NCBI GenBank assembly: GCA_023920165.1
Contig: CP089275.1
Coordinates: forward strand, 4,464,001 to 4,528,000
Direction of reading: 5' to 3'
DNA: 64,000 nucleotides
Source: Curvularia clavata
Taxonomy: Eukaryota
Positions 10,150-21,327 of this stretch are shown one piece after another; position 1 is the stretch's first letter, and each line of letters begins with the position of its first letter. Both the position numbers and the translations under genes were made by a program. The notes beneath the pieces were generated by a model. That model was not told where the DNA came from and did no database searches. It was given only the letters and a program-made list of their open reading frames with translations.

Positions 10150-12300
10150 TGGCTCGCGGGAACCTTATTCAGGTGTGTGTGTCCGATCCCGTCACGTCCG
10201 TCCACACCATGTCTAGTACAATGTGTATTTATTTTGCCTTGTCCTCAAGGGCACGGACTTATCACACCTATATCGATATATATTTACAACACAAAAGGGA
10301 AAAAAGAAAAGGGGCGCAAAAGAGCGCGTGCCAAGAGAAAACCGTTGCAGGTTAGTCAACTAGTTAGCTACTAGCTAGGAATGGATCGTTTTTCTTCTAG
10401 TGAAGGGAAAAAAGGATTGTAGCCGCCGAAACGTGAAACATTGGGCCTACCACCCCACACAACTACCCCTTCGATGCCAAGAAGTTTCGTAATATATCCG
10501 TGTTGCTTGGTGCTCTGGCATGTGCCGTATGTACTTTGTGCAACCCATGCTAGGAAAGAAGCGCACGAATTAAATGGGCAGGAGTAGGTAAGACAGATAT
10601 TACATACGTGAGAGAAGTTGTCAGAACCGGGTTCTTGGGGCGGTGCTGACTCGGCTGTTCTCTCTGTCTCTGACAATGCGGTTGCTGCGGGCAGGTAAGC
10701 TTTGATGTCTGTGTGTGCGTCCGATCGATGCTCAAGCGAGAGCCTGGGGAAGGAAGAGAGGCGAAATGGGCTCGAAACGAGCTTGTTTGAGGAAGAGGGG
10801 TTGCGTGTGCATGTGCTATATTCAATGAAGCTAGAGATGGTTTAGCGGTGTAATGGACACCACGTACGCACAGTTTGTTCTGTTTTTTTCTTTCACCATT
10901 TACGTGTACTATTTGTCTATTCGCCGCCTTGGGGAGCCAGTAGGAAGGCTTGAGTGGTGGTTTCAGCGAACGAGCGGGCAATGCGCATGCACCTGTGGAG
11001 AAAGACACACGTCAGATGGCAAATGTATGCAATCTGGTTGGTGCGAGCGCAAAGGCAAGAAAGAGCGATTGGTTGTCAGGTAAGGTATGACTGGAGATCT
11101 TTTGCAATGCGTAATGCGTGCGGGTGGAGCATGAAAGAGGCAGAGACAATGGGGCCAGCCTATTGCGGGAATGGATTGCAGTGAACGAGGGCCTTGTGAT
11201 GTTTACCATTTTTCTTCCTTTTGGATATTGCTTGCTTTTCTTGTTTTGTTTACCGCCATTAGCACGTGCGGGTGCGGGTGCGATCGGATGGTGCTAAGCA
11301 GACGGAAAGAGGCCGTGTATCGACCATTCTGCAGACGCCCGGTCGTGTTCGCGGCGGTACAGTAATGCGGATACTATTCAAAGGACCGTTAGGCGTACTG
11401 TACAACCAGAAGCGGAACGCGCAATGGTAGTGGGCCCCGGTGTGTAATCGAACGGGCAAGGAAACGCAGGGTGGGAAGGGTTGGCTAGGGTGTTGGTCAC
11501 TGCAAGGAGGGTTGTACCGCGGCAGAAGCAAAGGCTGCGCAAGCCTGAGTCTGCAACACGGTAGTTCGTTTCATGTTCGTTTGCCCGGGCACGTTTTGGG
11601 GGATTCTGTCGCGAAGGATGGGTTTGAGATTAATGCAGAGTGGTCAGTACGGCGGCTGGATGGGGCCTAGTTGGCGGGGAGAGGAACAGCGTCTAGACGT
11701 CGCGTGTTCATGCTCGCTTGCGCTTGTCCTTTCTGTACTCGTCGTGGATAGTCACGAAGACAGTGGTAGTCATGGACGTGGAGCTGGTTGGATGGACAGA
11801 GTCGGCAGACGGGAGCTGGATGACGGAGCTCTGCAGCAGCTGGCAGGCGGTCATGATGACCGATGGCATCGGCAGCGACGGGTCGTGGATCTAGGCCGTG
11901 GACACAGTGTAGTAGGACCAGACACAAGCATCCGGCTAGAGTTGTAGCCAAGCAGGCGTGAAGGGTGACTGGCGGAGACGAGAGTGACTAGTCGTAGGCA
12001 GACTGCACCTCCATCAAAAACCAACAGCGTTGAGAGGAAGAGGTGGGCAGCCCCGCCGCGCCGCTGCGTGCAACCCACCAGTCCAAAGCATCAGATGCAT
12101 TGCCGTCGTCTTATCTCTGTTCCCAATCAGAAGGGCGGCGGTCGAGAGCTGAGGCATAGCAGACCAGGGCCGGGGTCTGAGGCGTGTTAAGATCTGCTGC
12201 CGCGCCATGGCCAGTGCACGCCTATCGTCTCCATCCATTTTTTCCCTTTCCCTGCCCAGCTGAAGCGCAAATCGCCGTTTTCGACATCACCGGGCTTGGC
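10150..12300 (-). ncRNA. Putative spliced long non-coding or small-ORF transcript, divergent from the GNAT gene (boundaries approximate)
   Basis: Minus-strand splice signals: CTAAC..TAG (acceptor 11374); GTAAAC..CTGAC..CAG (acceptor 10993); GTATGT (10607)..GACTAAC (10357-10351)..TAG (10268). Sense strand is C-rich and has no recognisable long ORF. Confidence 0.35.
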
Positions 12301-12628
12301 CTGCCATCCCACTACTAAAACGCCCCTCTGCCCTCTGTCATGTCTCGTGTTTCTTCCTGGTGGCCTGCCCGGCGAAACCATTCTAGACCTTTTGGCCTTG
12401 CCCTCGACACACCTGAACCCACCCTGGCTGTTTTTTCCATCCTCGCTATAACTTCGTTAACCTCGATTTAATCCCCACGTGCTCTGCTTCCTACTTCTGG
12501 CTGGTCCCTGCTATTTTTCTTCCATTCCTCTATCAGCATAACCCCCTCGCCGCCGCCCCCTTTGTGCATGTCATCGGCCGCCTTCGTCTAAAAAAGCACT
12601 CCAGACTTCCCGTCTTGTTCTTATAAAG

Positions 12629-13898
12629 ATGCGTCGTCAACTTCCTCCGAGTCATCTCAAGGTTCCGCCTGGTCCCCACGCCTTTCCACGACAGCAGTTT
12701 CTGGGTCAGGACACCGTTGTTGTGAACCACTACTCGGGTATCGAAAAGGCCATTCCCGTCATACCGTCGCTACCGGGCTTCCGAACAAGTGCTGGTATGT
12801 TAAAAAAAATTTCTTCTGGATTTCTGTGCTGTGGTTTCATGGTCGTGTGCTCGGTTGCCGGGATGGGAAGGAAAATACACAGTAGTTGGAGTTTTTATCC
12901 GCGGGGGCTAACGCGCAACAACAGCATTCCTCACTTCACTGAGCGCAAACCTCAGAATTGATCCTGACCTCCCTTCGCCTCTCCCTACGCCAACCAATTT
13001 CCGCCTGAACCATTTTATCCAACCAGTCCCTCCCACCTCGCTGTCCTACTCGACATCCACTGCCCCGTACAATCCCTACGTCTCCCACGCCGAATCCCAA
13101 GTCATGTCTGCCGAATCAACCGCCCCGATCAAGGCGCCTGTCGACGAGCTCCCCCAACTGTCCACCTACACGGCTGAGACAGAGGATGATCGCATTGAGG
13201 GCCTTCGCCTAGTCGCCGACTCAGTTGCCCAGCAGCGTCAGGTTGCCAGCAAAATGCTCATGTTCCACCCTATTTCTCTCTCCGCCTTCTTTCTCACCGT
13301 CGCCATTGCTGCACAGTACATGCTGCGCTGGTACGAGGACAAGCTAATGCTGGTTACTACCCTCGGTGGCATTAGCATGACCTATCTCATCTTCATTCGC
13401 TGGATGACTGGCGGCTACATTGGTTTAGCCGAAGACATTGACATGGACTGGCTCGGTGACGACCGGCTCATTGTAGTCAAGTGGGGTGAAGACATTATTG
13501 GTTCTCTAGTACTCGGCTGGGCCGACAACGACGCTGCCAAGAAGCGCGGCCGCAGGAGGAGAGGCAAGGCCGTTGTGCGCGCCTGGACCGTCAAGCTCAA
13601 GTACCGCGGCAAAGGCGTTGGCGAGGGTCTGTTGGAGGAGGCTGTCAGGGTTGCGGGTGAGCGGGGCGCAGATGGCATTCTTTTCGATGCCGACCATGCC
13701 AGTAGGTTTCTCCTTATGGGGTATTTTAAAAGAACATTTTTCTAACGCACACTAGACTCCAAGCGCGTCCTGCCACCCATTTTCAACGGCTTCCTCAACA
13801 AACAAGAGCTCAAGGCCGAGAAGGCCCTGCAGAAAGTCGCAGACACCAAGGGTAACTTCCGCCAGCGCCAGAGCTCCCCTACATGGGGAAGCAGATAG
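12629..13898 (+). CDS. GNAT-family N-acetyltransferase with two hydrophobic segments, ~361 aa (a shorter form could start at ATG 13104)
   Basis: Exons 12629-12794, 12925-13701, 13756-13898 join in frame. Acetyl-CoA-binding motif A VRAWTVKLKYRGKGVGEGLL; also GLRLVADSVAQQRQ. Confidence 0.85.
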
Positions 13899-15149
13899 AC
13901 GAAGACATTTTCTTCCTCTTTATCACCTATTTATTCATCTTTCTCCCTCACTATTATTATTCGCTATATAGCAGACGTGGTAGAAGTCTTGCTCTCTTGT
14001 TTGGCTAGTGGCGCCTCATCCTTTATCGCCGCGGCGAGTTTTTCTTTCTTGAAAGATACCCCTCCCCACATTCCTCTCGTTGATTGATGATACCCTCTCC
14101 AACAATCGCTCTTGTATTTCTCAGACATACACTACAACTTTGCGTCTCCTACTATGACGCTCCTAATCATCACATCTTCTCATCGAGCACTCGTTATTTC
14201 TCCCTTATCTATATCTCTATCACTATACACGTCCCATACATCACGGTGCAGGATAGATAGATGATGACCAATGGCTCTCTTTGCTAGGTAGACCTATCAA
14301 TGACGATATCGCTCTTACTAGTTGCGCAATATGCCGGCCATCTCCGTTGCCCTTGTGACCATGACTTTGTGTGTGCCCACCCCACCCTTTCTCAGGTTGA
14401 GAAGATAGCCACCGGACACGCAACCGTACCGTCTATACGTCTCTGTCACTGCGCCCCCACACACACATAACACATACTGCAAGCCCTCAGAACTCTGCTT
14501 ATCCGGTTCGTTCCTATCGCAACAGGCTTTCGTATGCTTGTCCAACCTGTTAAGACCCAGCAACTTTATTATGTGCACTGATAACGCTTGCATAAGCCTC
14601 TTGACACCCCCCAGCCTCCCTGTTGTTGACACAAGTCGTCTGGTTTGTTGGCATTTCTTACCCCGCGGTTGCCTCGCTACCCAATCTACCCCTCCATGCA
14701 TAGAGTAGGGGAGGGGTTGGGACAAGACTAGGGACTTTCCGGGCATCTGCATACGCAAGGGTTGGCATTGCCCACTCGGCTTGTACGTACGTATGGTTTT
14801 TTCTTGTACAGTAGGACCAGTGACAGCTGAGAGGTAGGTGTTTGAGCCTGAATACCAGCGTGCTGGATGTAAGCACTTGCAACTCTTTGCGCTGGTCACG
14901 ATTTCTTGTTTTGTCCTTTTCTTTGGTCTCCGGGTAACACATTCGTGGACGTTTTCCATTCCTGCACTCGCTGCCACCTCTTCGCTCACCCTGTCAGATT
15001 ACTGGTATGCATGCATATGGTGGTGCAGTGACAATATGTGTGCTGATTCCGATACCTGCTCGCTTCTGCGCATGGCTCACACAAAGAGCAGAGCAGAGCA
15101 GAGCTTGTTCGGACTCCGTCAGGGCGTAGATCGTCAGCTTCTGCTGACT

Positions 15150-15637
15150 TCAGCGCGCGGCTGCACCCGCCTCTGCATCGCCGTCGACTGAGCTTGTAGG
15201 ATACTCTTCGCGCAGCTGCAGGATGACTTTCTGTGCCTCGAGTTAGTTGATATTATTGTTGCAAAAAAGCTAACAGTTGTTGCTAAAAACAACAACAAGA
15301 TTGCGCAAGGTATCCTTCTGGACAGTGCGAACCGCGCGCGAGGCAGATCTGCTTGTCACAGAGTGTTTGCCGTGCTGTGCCACAGTGGAGAAATGCCAAT
15401 TGCTTCTACGTACCGCCAACGCCTCTGGATTCGCGCCATTTTCAATCAGTGATACGCAATATGAAAGCTGCTGCCGATCGAGATGCGTGTTCTTGGGTCC
15501 TGGATTAGCTATTGGGGGCTTTAGATTAAGGCGCGGCAATTGCATACTAGTAGCGTTGCGATTTCGTGGAGGATGTCGATGACTTCCCGTGCTGCCCTTC
15601 TACGGGCATCGGCTGAGGTCTGCTCGGCTGCTGGCAT
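15150..15637 (-). CDS. MZT1: Mitotic-spindle organizing protein 1 (Mozart1), ~82 aa
   Basis: Exons 15637-15548, 15491-15414, 15230-15150 give [48 protein letters not shown]. Confidence 0.95.
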
Positions 15638-16036
15638 TATTCCTGGATCTATGCCTGGTTCGTACTGGAAAAGATGAGATTGCTGTGCCTTGAGCAGCTG
15701 GTGTCTGTTTGTTTGATGCCATCTAGGACCGCGAGAACCCTACAGCACGCGGCGCGTTTCCGTCACGTGATCTCTCTTGGCGACTGTCCCTCATCGGAAA
15801 TCGGCTTTGATGACATCGATGTGTCCAGCGACCCCTAGCATCGCCATCATCATGACGAAAGATGGCCTACCGGGCCCCAGACAGATCATGACATCTACAT
15901 AATGGATGCTCGTGTGCGTTTTGTAGATTCACTCCTGGCTAACAGATATCTCCTGTTAGATTGGTTGAATTGCTAGGCTTTTCCCTCTGTTCATAACTAT
16001 TGTTGACCAGACAAGTACAAAGCTTATCCAAACAAA

Positions 16037-16565
16037 ATGTCTTCAGATCCGCACCAGGGTGGCCGTCTTGAGGACATGGCCGTCCATGGCACCAACATAC
16101 CCGGCGATGCTGGCAGGCAGAATACGGTAAGCTCGCCGTTGATTCCCGATTCCCAAGACGTAGGAGGAATAACATTAGGGATCACTAGTATTGACAAGAT
16201 CTTAGATACCCAGTGTACCTCGCCCAGATCAGAAGGACGCTCCTGTTGAATTCTCGCATGCGAACATAGCCCATGCTGCAGATAACGCTTTCGACATTCC
16301 CCGTTCTGTAAACGACCGTGGGCATACGGGCGAAGTCATCTCGGGCACTGGCGACCAAATGACATCAAATATTGAAAAGAAGAATATAGATGATGCGTAC
16401 GTGGACCCTGGTGCAAAGGGTCATGTACAGTACTTCAAGCACGCAAAGCAGGACAACCCTATGGACAGTTTGAAGTATGGTGCTGGCGACCATGGTGTAC
16501 AACGTGCGCCTGGGGAGGAGGAAGATAGCGAGGAGGCGCTGCTTGACAGGCGTGGTGCGAAATAG
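16037..16565 (+). CDS. Small hydrophilic, Gly-rich hypothetical protein, ~149 aa
   Basis: Exons 16037-16126 and 16206-16565 (GTAAGC..TTGAC..TAG) join in frame. Strong ATG context (CAAAATG). Confidence 0.75.
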
Positions 16566-16843
16566 CCCATTGCATCTCTTGCGCCAAAATGCATATAGTA
16601 CATGGGTTTACAATTCAACCCCCAAAAAGCCAAGAGGCTGAATATATCAACATTTTCCTTGTAGTCCACAATATGTGTTGGTAATATTCCTTGCTGTGAC
16701 CTCCAGGACCCTGAGGCTGAGGACCTTAAGGTGCCCCGCTAGTTAGACCCCACACGTGCTTTGCCGAATTCACCTCTCATTACCACGCTCCAACTTGCAA
16801 CTCAATCCCGCATCCTACAGCTGCAGCTAACAAACCTACAAAC

Positions 16844-17732
16844 ATGGTGTACTACTTCTCATCAAACACTGTGTCCCCGTCAGCCTTCATCTATGTCGGC
16901 AAAGACAAGGTCGAAAGTAAGAGTCTTGGTTTCGACATAGCAAATTACCTTGCTTGTCACCTGCCGTTCCACCAAGGGGCTTTTTGCTGACTTTACATTA
17001 GACGAAGAACTCATCAAGTACGGTTGGGATGAGGATGTCTGGTTCCATGTTGACAATCTTTCTTCTGCACATATCTACGTCCGCCTACCAGAGGGCGAGG
17101 ACTGGGAAAAGATGAACAAAGACTTATTAGTCGACTGCGCACAGTTGACAAAAGCCAACAGTATCGAGGGTAATAAGAAAGACAACGTCACCATTGTGTA
17201 TACCCCATGGAGTAACCTGAAAAAGGATGGCAGTATGGCTGTGGGGCAGGTTGGATTCAAGGATCAGCGCAAGGTGAGAACGTGCTATGTTCGTTGTGTC
17301 TTGGGTGCCGTGTATTGACTACTGGCTCTAGGTCAAGCGCATACATGTCGTGACGAGAGAAAACGCTATTATCAACCGTCTCAACAAGACAAAAGTCGAA
17401 AAGTTTCCTGATTTGCGCGAAGAGCGAGAGGCGAGACGCGCCGAGCTGAGAAAGCGAGAGCAGGGTGCCATGCAAGCAAGGGTACGCCAGCGTCTCTCTT
17501 TATTCTTCGCTACGTTTTATCCCTGTCTCCACCCTTTGCTTCGATTCCACCGTGCCCTTCTCCACAGAAAGCTAACCTCGTGCAGAAGAAAGAAGAAGCG
17601 CGCATCGCCAAAGAGCGCAAGGAGCTCGCATGGCGGAGAGACCATGCTTACGACGATGTCATGACCGAGGACAATCTGGAGCAAAGTAGCAATCAGAACC
17701 GCGACGAGAACTTCCTTGACGACTTCATGTGA
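16844..17732 (+). CDS. CCDC25: CCDC25/Jlp2-like NFACT-R (DUF814) protein, ~213 aa
   Basis: Exons 16844-16916, 17002-17273, 17332-17481, 17586-17732. Motifs [62 protein letters not shown]. Confidence 0.93.
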
Positions 17733-17762
17733 GGTTCCTTGGCAGCGGCACTCTTTGTAGTC

Positions 17763-18219
17763 TCAGTTAGGATCGCGAATGGTCATGGCTGGCAAACAAA
17801 GCCGCATGCTCTCGTTCAGCATGCGAATGTTATGATTGAAGACATCGTATGCTGTCGTCTTTATCTCGAGTTCCTCGCGAGTTCTGACAAGTCAGTCTTC
17901 TTGTATTGGACATTGAGAGTCAAGGTACATACAGATTCTTCGCTCTGTGCTTTGTACGGCCTCCGTTACCCTGTACCCACCACACAAACAATAAATTCTT
18001 TAGTATTTTATGCTCCAGACCGTTCTCTTTAGCCGCATATTGAAGAAATTCTATCGTGTTTTGTACTTTTTGGGGCTCAAAGTCGGATGCACAGCCTCTG
18101 CGAAATGCCAAACGGAGCCGGTCACGCAGCGTGTATCGGGCAGGCTTAGAGAACTGAATAGCTCTGAGACTATGCCGGTACAAGTGTCTATATGCATGTA
18201 TGATTGCTTGCTGAGGCAT
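17763..18219 (-). CDS. LYR-like/DUF1763-type small protein, probably mitochondrial, ~135 aa
   Basis: Exons 18219-17933 and 17883-17763. IIHAYRHLYR...LRDRLRLAFR, NTIEFL, GLEHKILKNL, IRMLNESM. Confidence 0.8.
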
Positions 18220-18591
18220 GGTGGTCGCAGCGCTAAAACGTCACACCTCGTGCTGAGAACTGACACGGCTGTCATCGGCAAAAGGTATCCCCGACGCCAC
18301 CATAGCCGCCCGCGCGTCTTAAACCTGCCTCCTCCGCTATCCTCTCCTCTTCGTACCTCTCGCCGCTCGCCGCTCGCTCAACGCGCCCCGTTTGTACATT
18401 TGCATCCGCTGAGGCCTGTAGATACAGAGCCCGCATTTTGGACCTTTGTGTTCTGCCGTGACTGCTTCACTTCTCGTGTTCATCGCTAACCTAGCAGTTT
18501 CGCGCTCCAAAGCTGGTGCACCAGTAAGAGGAGCCACTCACACTTCCAAGGTCCGCTGTGTTATCCATGATTCGTACTCACTGCCAGCGCC

Positions 18592-20892
18592 ATGACCAGA
18601 GTACATCAAGCGCGCCTACCATATGGGCCACAGCGCGGTCATATGCTTGAACAGACGCGGGCAGTACCAAGGAAGAAGAAGCCCTACAAGGTTGTGCTAG
18701 AAGCAGTAACACAAGAAAAGAGGAGACTGCACTCTATTGTGCGTCTACCATGCGCTATCGATCCTCCGAGACTCCACTAACTGAAGAATAGCTGACATAC
18801 ACCTCCAACGCGCCCACTGGTTTTGGCTTTATTCCAGCTGGATATCCCGAGTTCACGGAATGGTGCAAGGAGCAGTGCCGCCAACGCAACCTTGACGTAC
18901 ACATCGTTTCGGTATGCGTCTCAACTACCTACAGGTAACAAGGAAACACGGACTGACAAACTCCCAGGCCAAGCCAAAGAACAAGATGCATTCTAATCCT
19001 GAAAAACTCTCTCACCACGTCCATCGAGTGGGACATCACTTCCCCATGGAAATTATCTCCCTCGCTTGCAGCAAGTTTGGCTATACATATGATGAGACCA
19101 GTGGCCTCCGGAAAGTCAAGGACGACGGCGACAGGAACGACTGGATTGCTAGGCGCTTCGAGGATTACTCCAGTCGCCAAGCCGGCCAGGGCCAACCCAC
19201 GACGGAAAAGGAGACCAAGAGCTACGTCGATGGTGCCATTCGCGACTTGTTTCCCAAAATTCCCGACGATGACTTGCAAGCGATTGTTGATCATGCGTTT
19301 GAGGAGGGAACAAACCGGGTAGGTAATGCCAAGGGACTTTCCTTGGCACGTAAAGTGCAGCTTGCTGTTGTTGCCCATATTCGCCATACATATACGGATT
19401 ACGACAAGCTGCTTAAAAGCGGCGGTTGGTCGGAGGCCCGATCTAAGGTTGAGAGCGTTACCCTCGCTAAGCTTAAAGAGTGGCGCGACGAAGCCGACGA
19501 ACAAACCCATGAGCTTGAAGAAACCTTTCGTGAAGTCATTGTCCTCGATGATGAAGATGATGACGATGAGGCAAGCAGCGACACACGTTCTTTGTCCACA
19601 CCGGACGAACGTGAACAGAGCATGGAGATTGTTTACAGTCGTGCTACCGCGCGCGATTTGCAACCTGAACTTCATGCTAACTCCCCTCGTAATGACGTGA
19701 GAGTCGCATCAGGAAGAACCATAATTTCTCAGCGTTACCCTGCACCGCCACGACAAAGTTTCTTACCTGCCTCGCCGCATTCCGAACCATTTCTTCAGCT
19801 GCCACCCTCATCTGTGCGAGCATCGCTAAACTCTGAATCACGATTAGGTTCTCATAGCGCCATAGTAGAAGCATATCGTCACGGCACCTTCGGTCCTGTT
19901 GAAAGGTAAGGAATTGTGAGACCTAGAATCTCAATCGCCACTAACTGCTGCAGAAGAACAAGGCCTCTTGATCCTGGCCTCAGCGCGAGAGTCACCCAGC
20001 CCATCATGCATGAAATGGATGGGCGACTTTACAGAGTAAGTTTGAGATCACGCCTCATGAGTCCAACACGATTGTATTTCAGTGATCATTCCTAACTTTG
20101 ACCTACTCCCGGCAGCTCCAACCCATCAAGGAACCACGAGATGATTCAATGATGCGGTATGATCTACCTCCCCCTGTACCACGACGAATACAAGAAGCAT
20201 ATTCGCTTCCCACATCCCCCCGGTTCAGTACGCAACCAAGACCGCCCACAAACACAAGACGTATTACAGATCAGGATGCCGTGCTCCCTTCTGTTGAGCG
20301 TGAAACAGTTGATCTGACGTCACCACGGGGTAACACGAATGGACATCACCCAGTACAGAACCATAGTGCGCTTGACAAGCAGAAGCGTAAGGCTTCTGAT
20401 TCTTTTGCATACGACAGAGAACCCAAGGCAGAGCAGTATACGAAACGTCCAAGGCCTATGTATCGTGAAGAAGTATTCCCTAGGATCTATCCAGGTGGAC
20501 CCCATGAGTTTCGTTCAAGCCCATTAATGGGCCCTCACAGTATTCCACGGCCACCCCCTCCGGAGCATGTTGTTAATCCACGTAGCAGCCCAAATGGTCC
20601 GTCTTTAGTTCAAAGCAAAGACTATTATACACCCTCACGGCCGATCGCAGATGTCGATCCTCGTGGATATGGATACGCTCCCACCGTGCCCCAACATGGA
20701 TTGCCTACGAGAGGACCTCGCTATCAAGTACCAGCCGACGAGCCATATCGTGCTTACATGCCCAACGTCAGGGCGTATGATAGCCGCGCTCCAGGTCATG
20801 AATACATTCTGTCTCGCGATGGGCGCCGTCCATCCCGGAATGAGGAAGAAAATTTGCCATATTCGAGAACCGGAGCTCGATATGGTGCTTAA
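18592..20892 (+). CDS. DUF2293 domain protein with a low-complexity C-terminus, ~687 aa
   Basis: Exons 18592-18738, 18792-18911, 18968-19905, 19954-20035, 20116-20892. DUF2293 signature AIRDLFPKIP...RVG...VQLAVVAHIRHTYTDYDKLL...W.EAR..V. Confidence 0.85.
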
Positions 20893-21327
20893 GTTGCTTT
20901 GCAGCACAACCAGCATACAGGTGGAGTTACATGGTTTTTCCTACGGATGATACCCCTTGGCTTCTTTTTTCATGCATCCCAGAGAACATTCGTTTCTCTT
21001 TTCTCACTTGTCTTTGTTATCACTGTATAGCATGGTGGAGTTTGTTTGCATCGCACAATGTCATTGAATATTTTTTCAATGACGATGTGGTTATATGAAG
21101 AGGAGGCATCTGCTGCTGACATTGCCGGTAAGCTCGAAGCTTATTCAGGCCGAGAGAATTGTAGCTACATAGGCATTGCGAAGGTACCGACACGGTACAT
21201 GTACATGAAATGTAATGATCTTGAAATGTAAGCATATTGACATGTAGTGATCTTGAAATTCTCTTTGATGCTCTTTGTGCATGTGTGCTACTGTCTATCC
21301 CTGTCTCATTTGTGTACCTAGTCTTTT

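Noticed and set aside
11077..11088. U1 snRNA gene
   Set aside because: Only a near-match to the U1 5' end; no recognisable stem-loop I/II loop sequences or Sm site follow.
10150..12300. Telomerase RNA (size about 2 kb, terminal intron geometry)
   Set aside because: I found no TAACCCTAA-type template on either strand, and the donor is GTATGT rather than the ATAAGT reported for Pezizomycotina telomerase RNAs.
14318..14989. 223-aa minus-strand ORF downstream of MZT1
   Set aside because: Non-ATG start, no recognisable motif; probably a chance ORF in 3' UTR or intergenic DNA.
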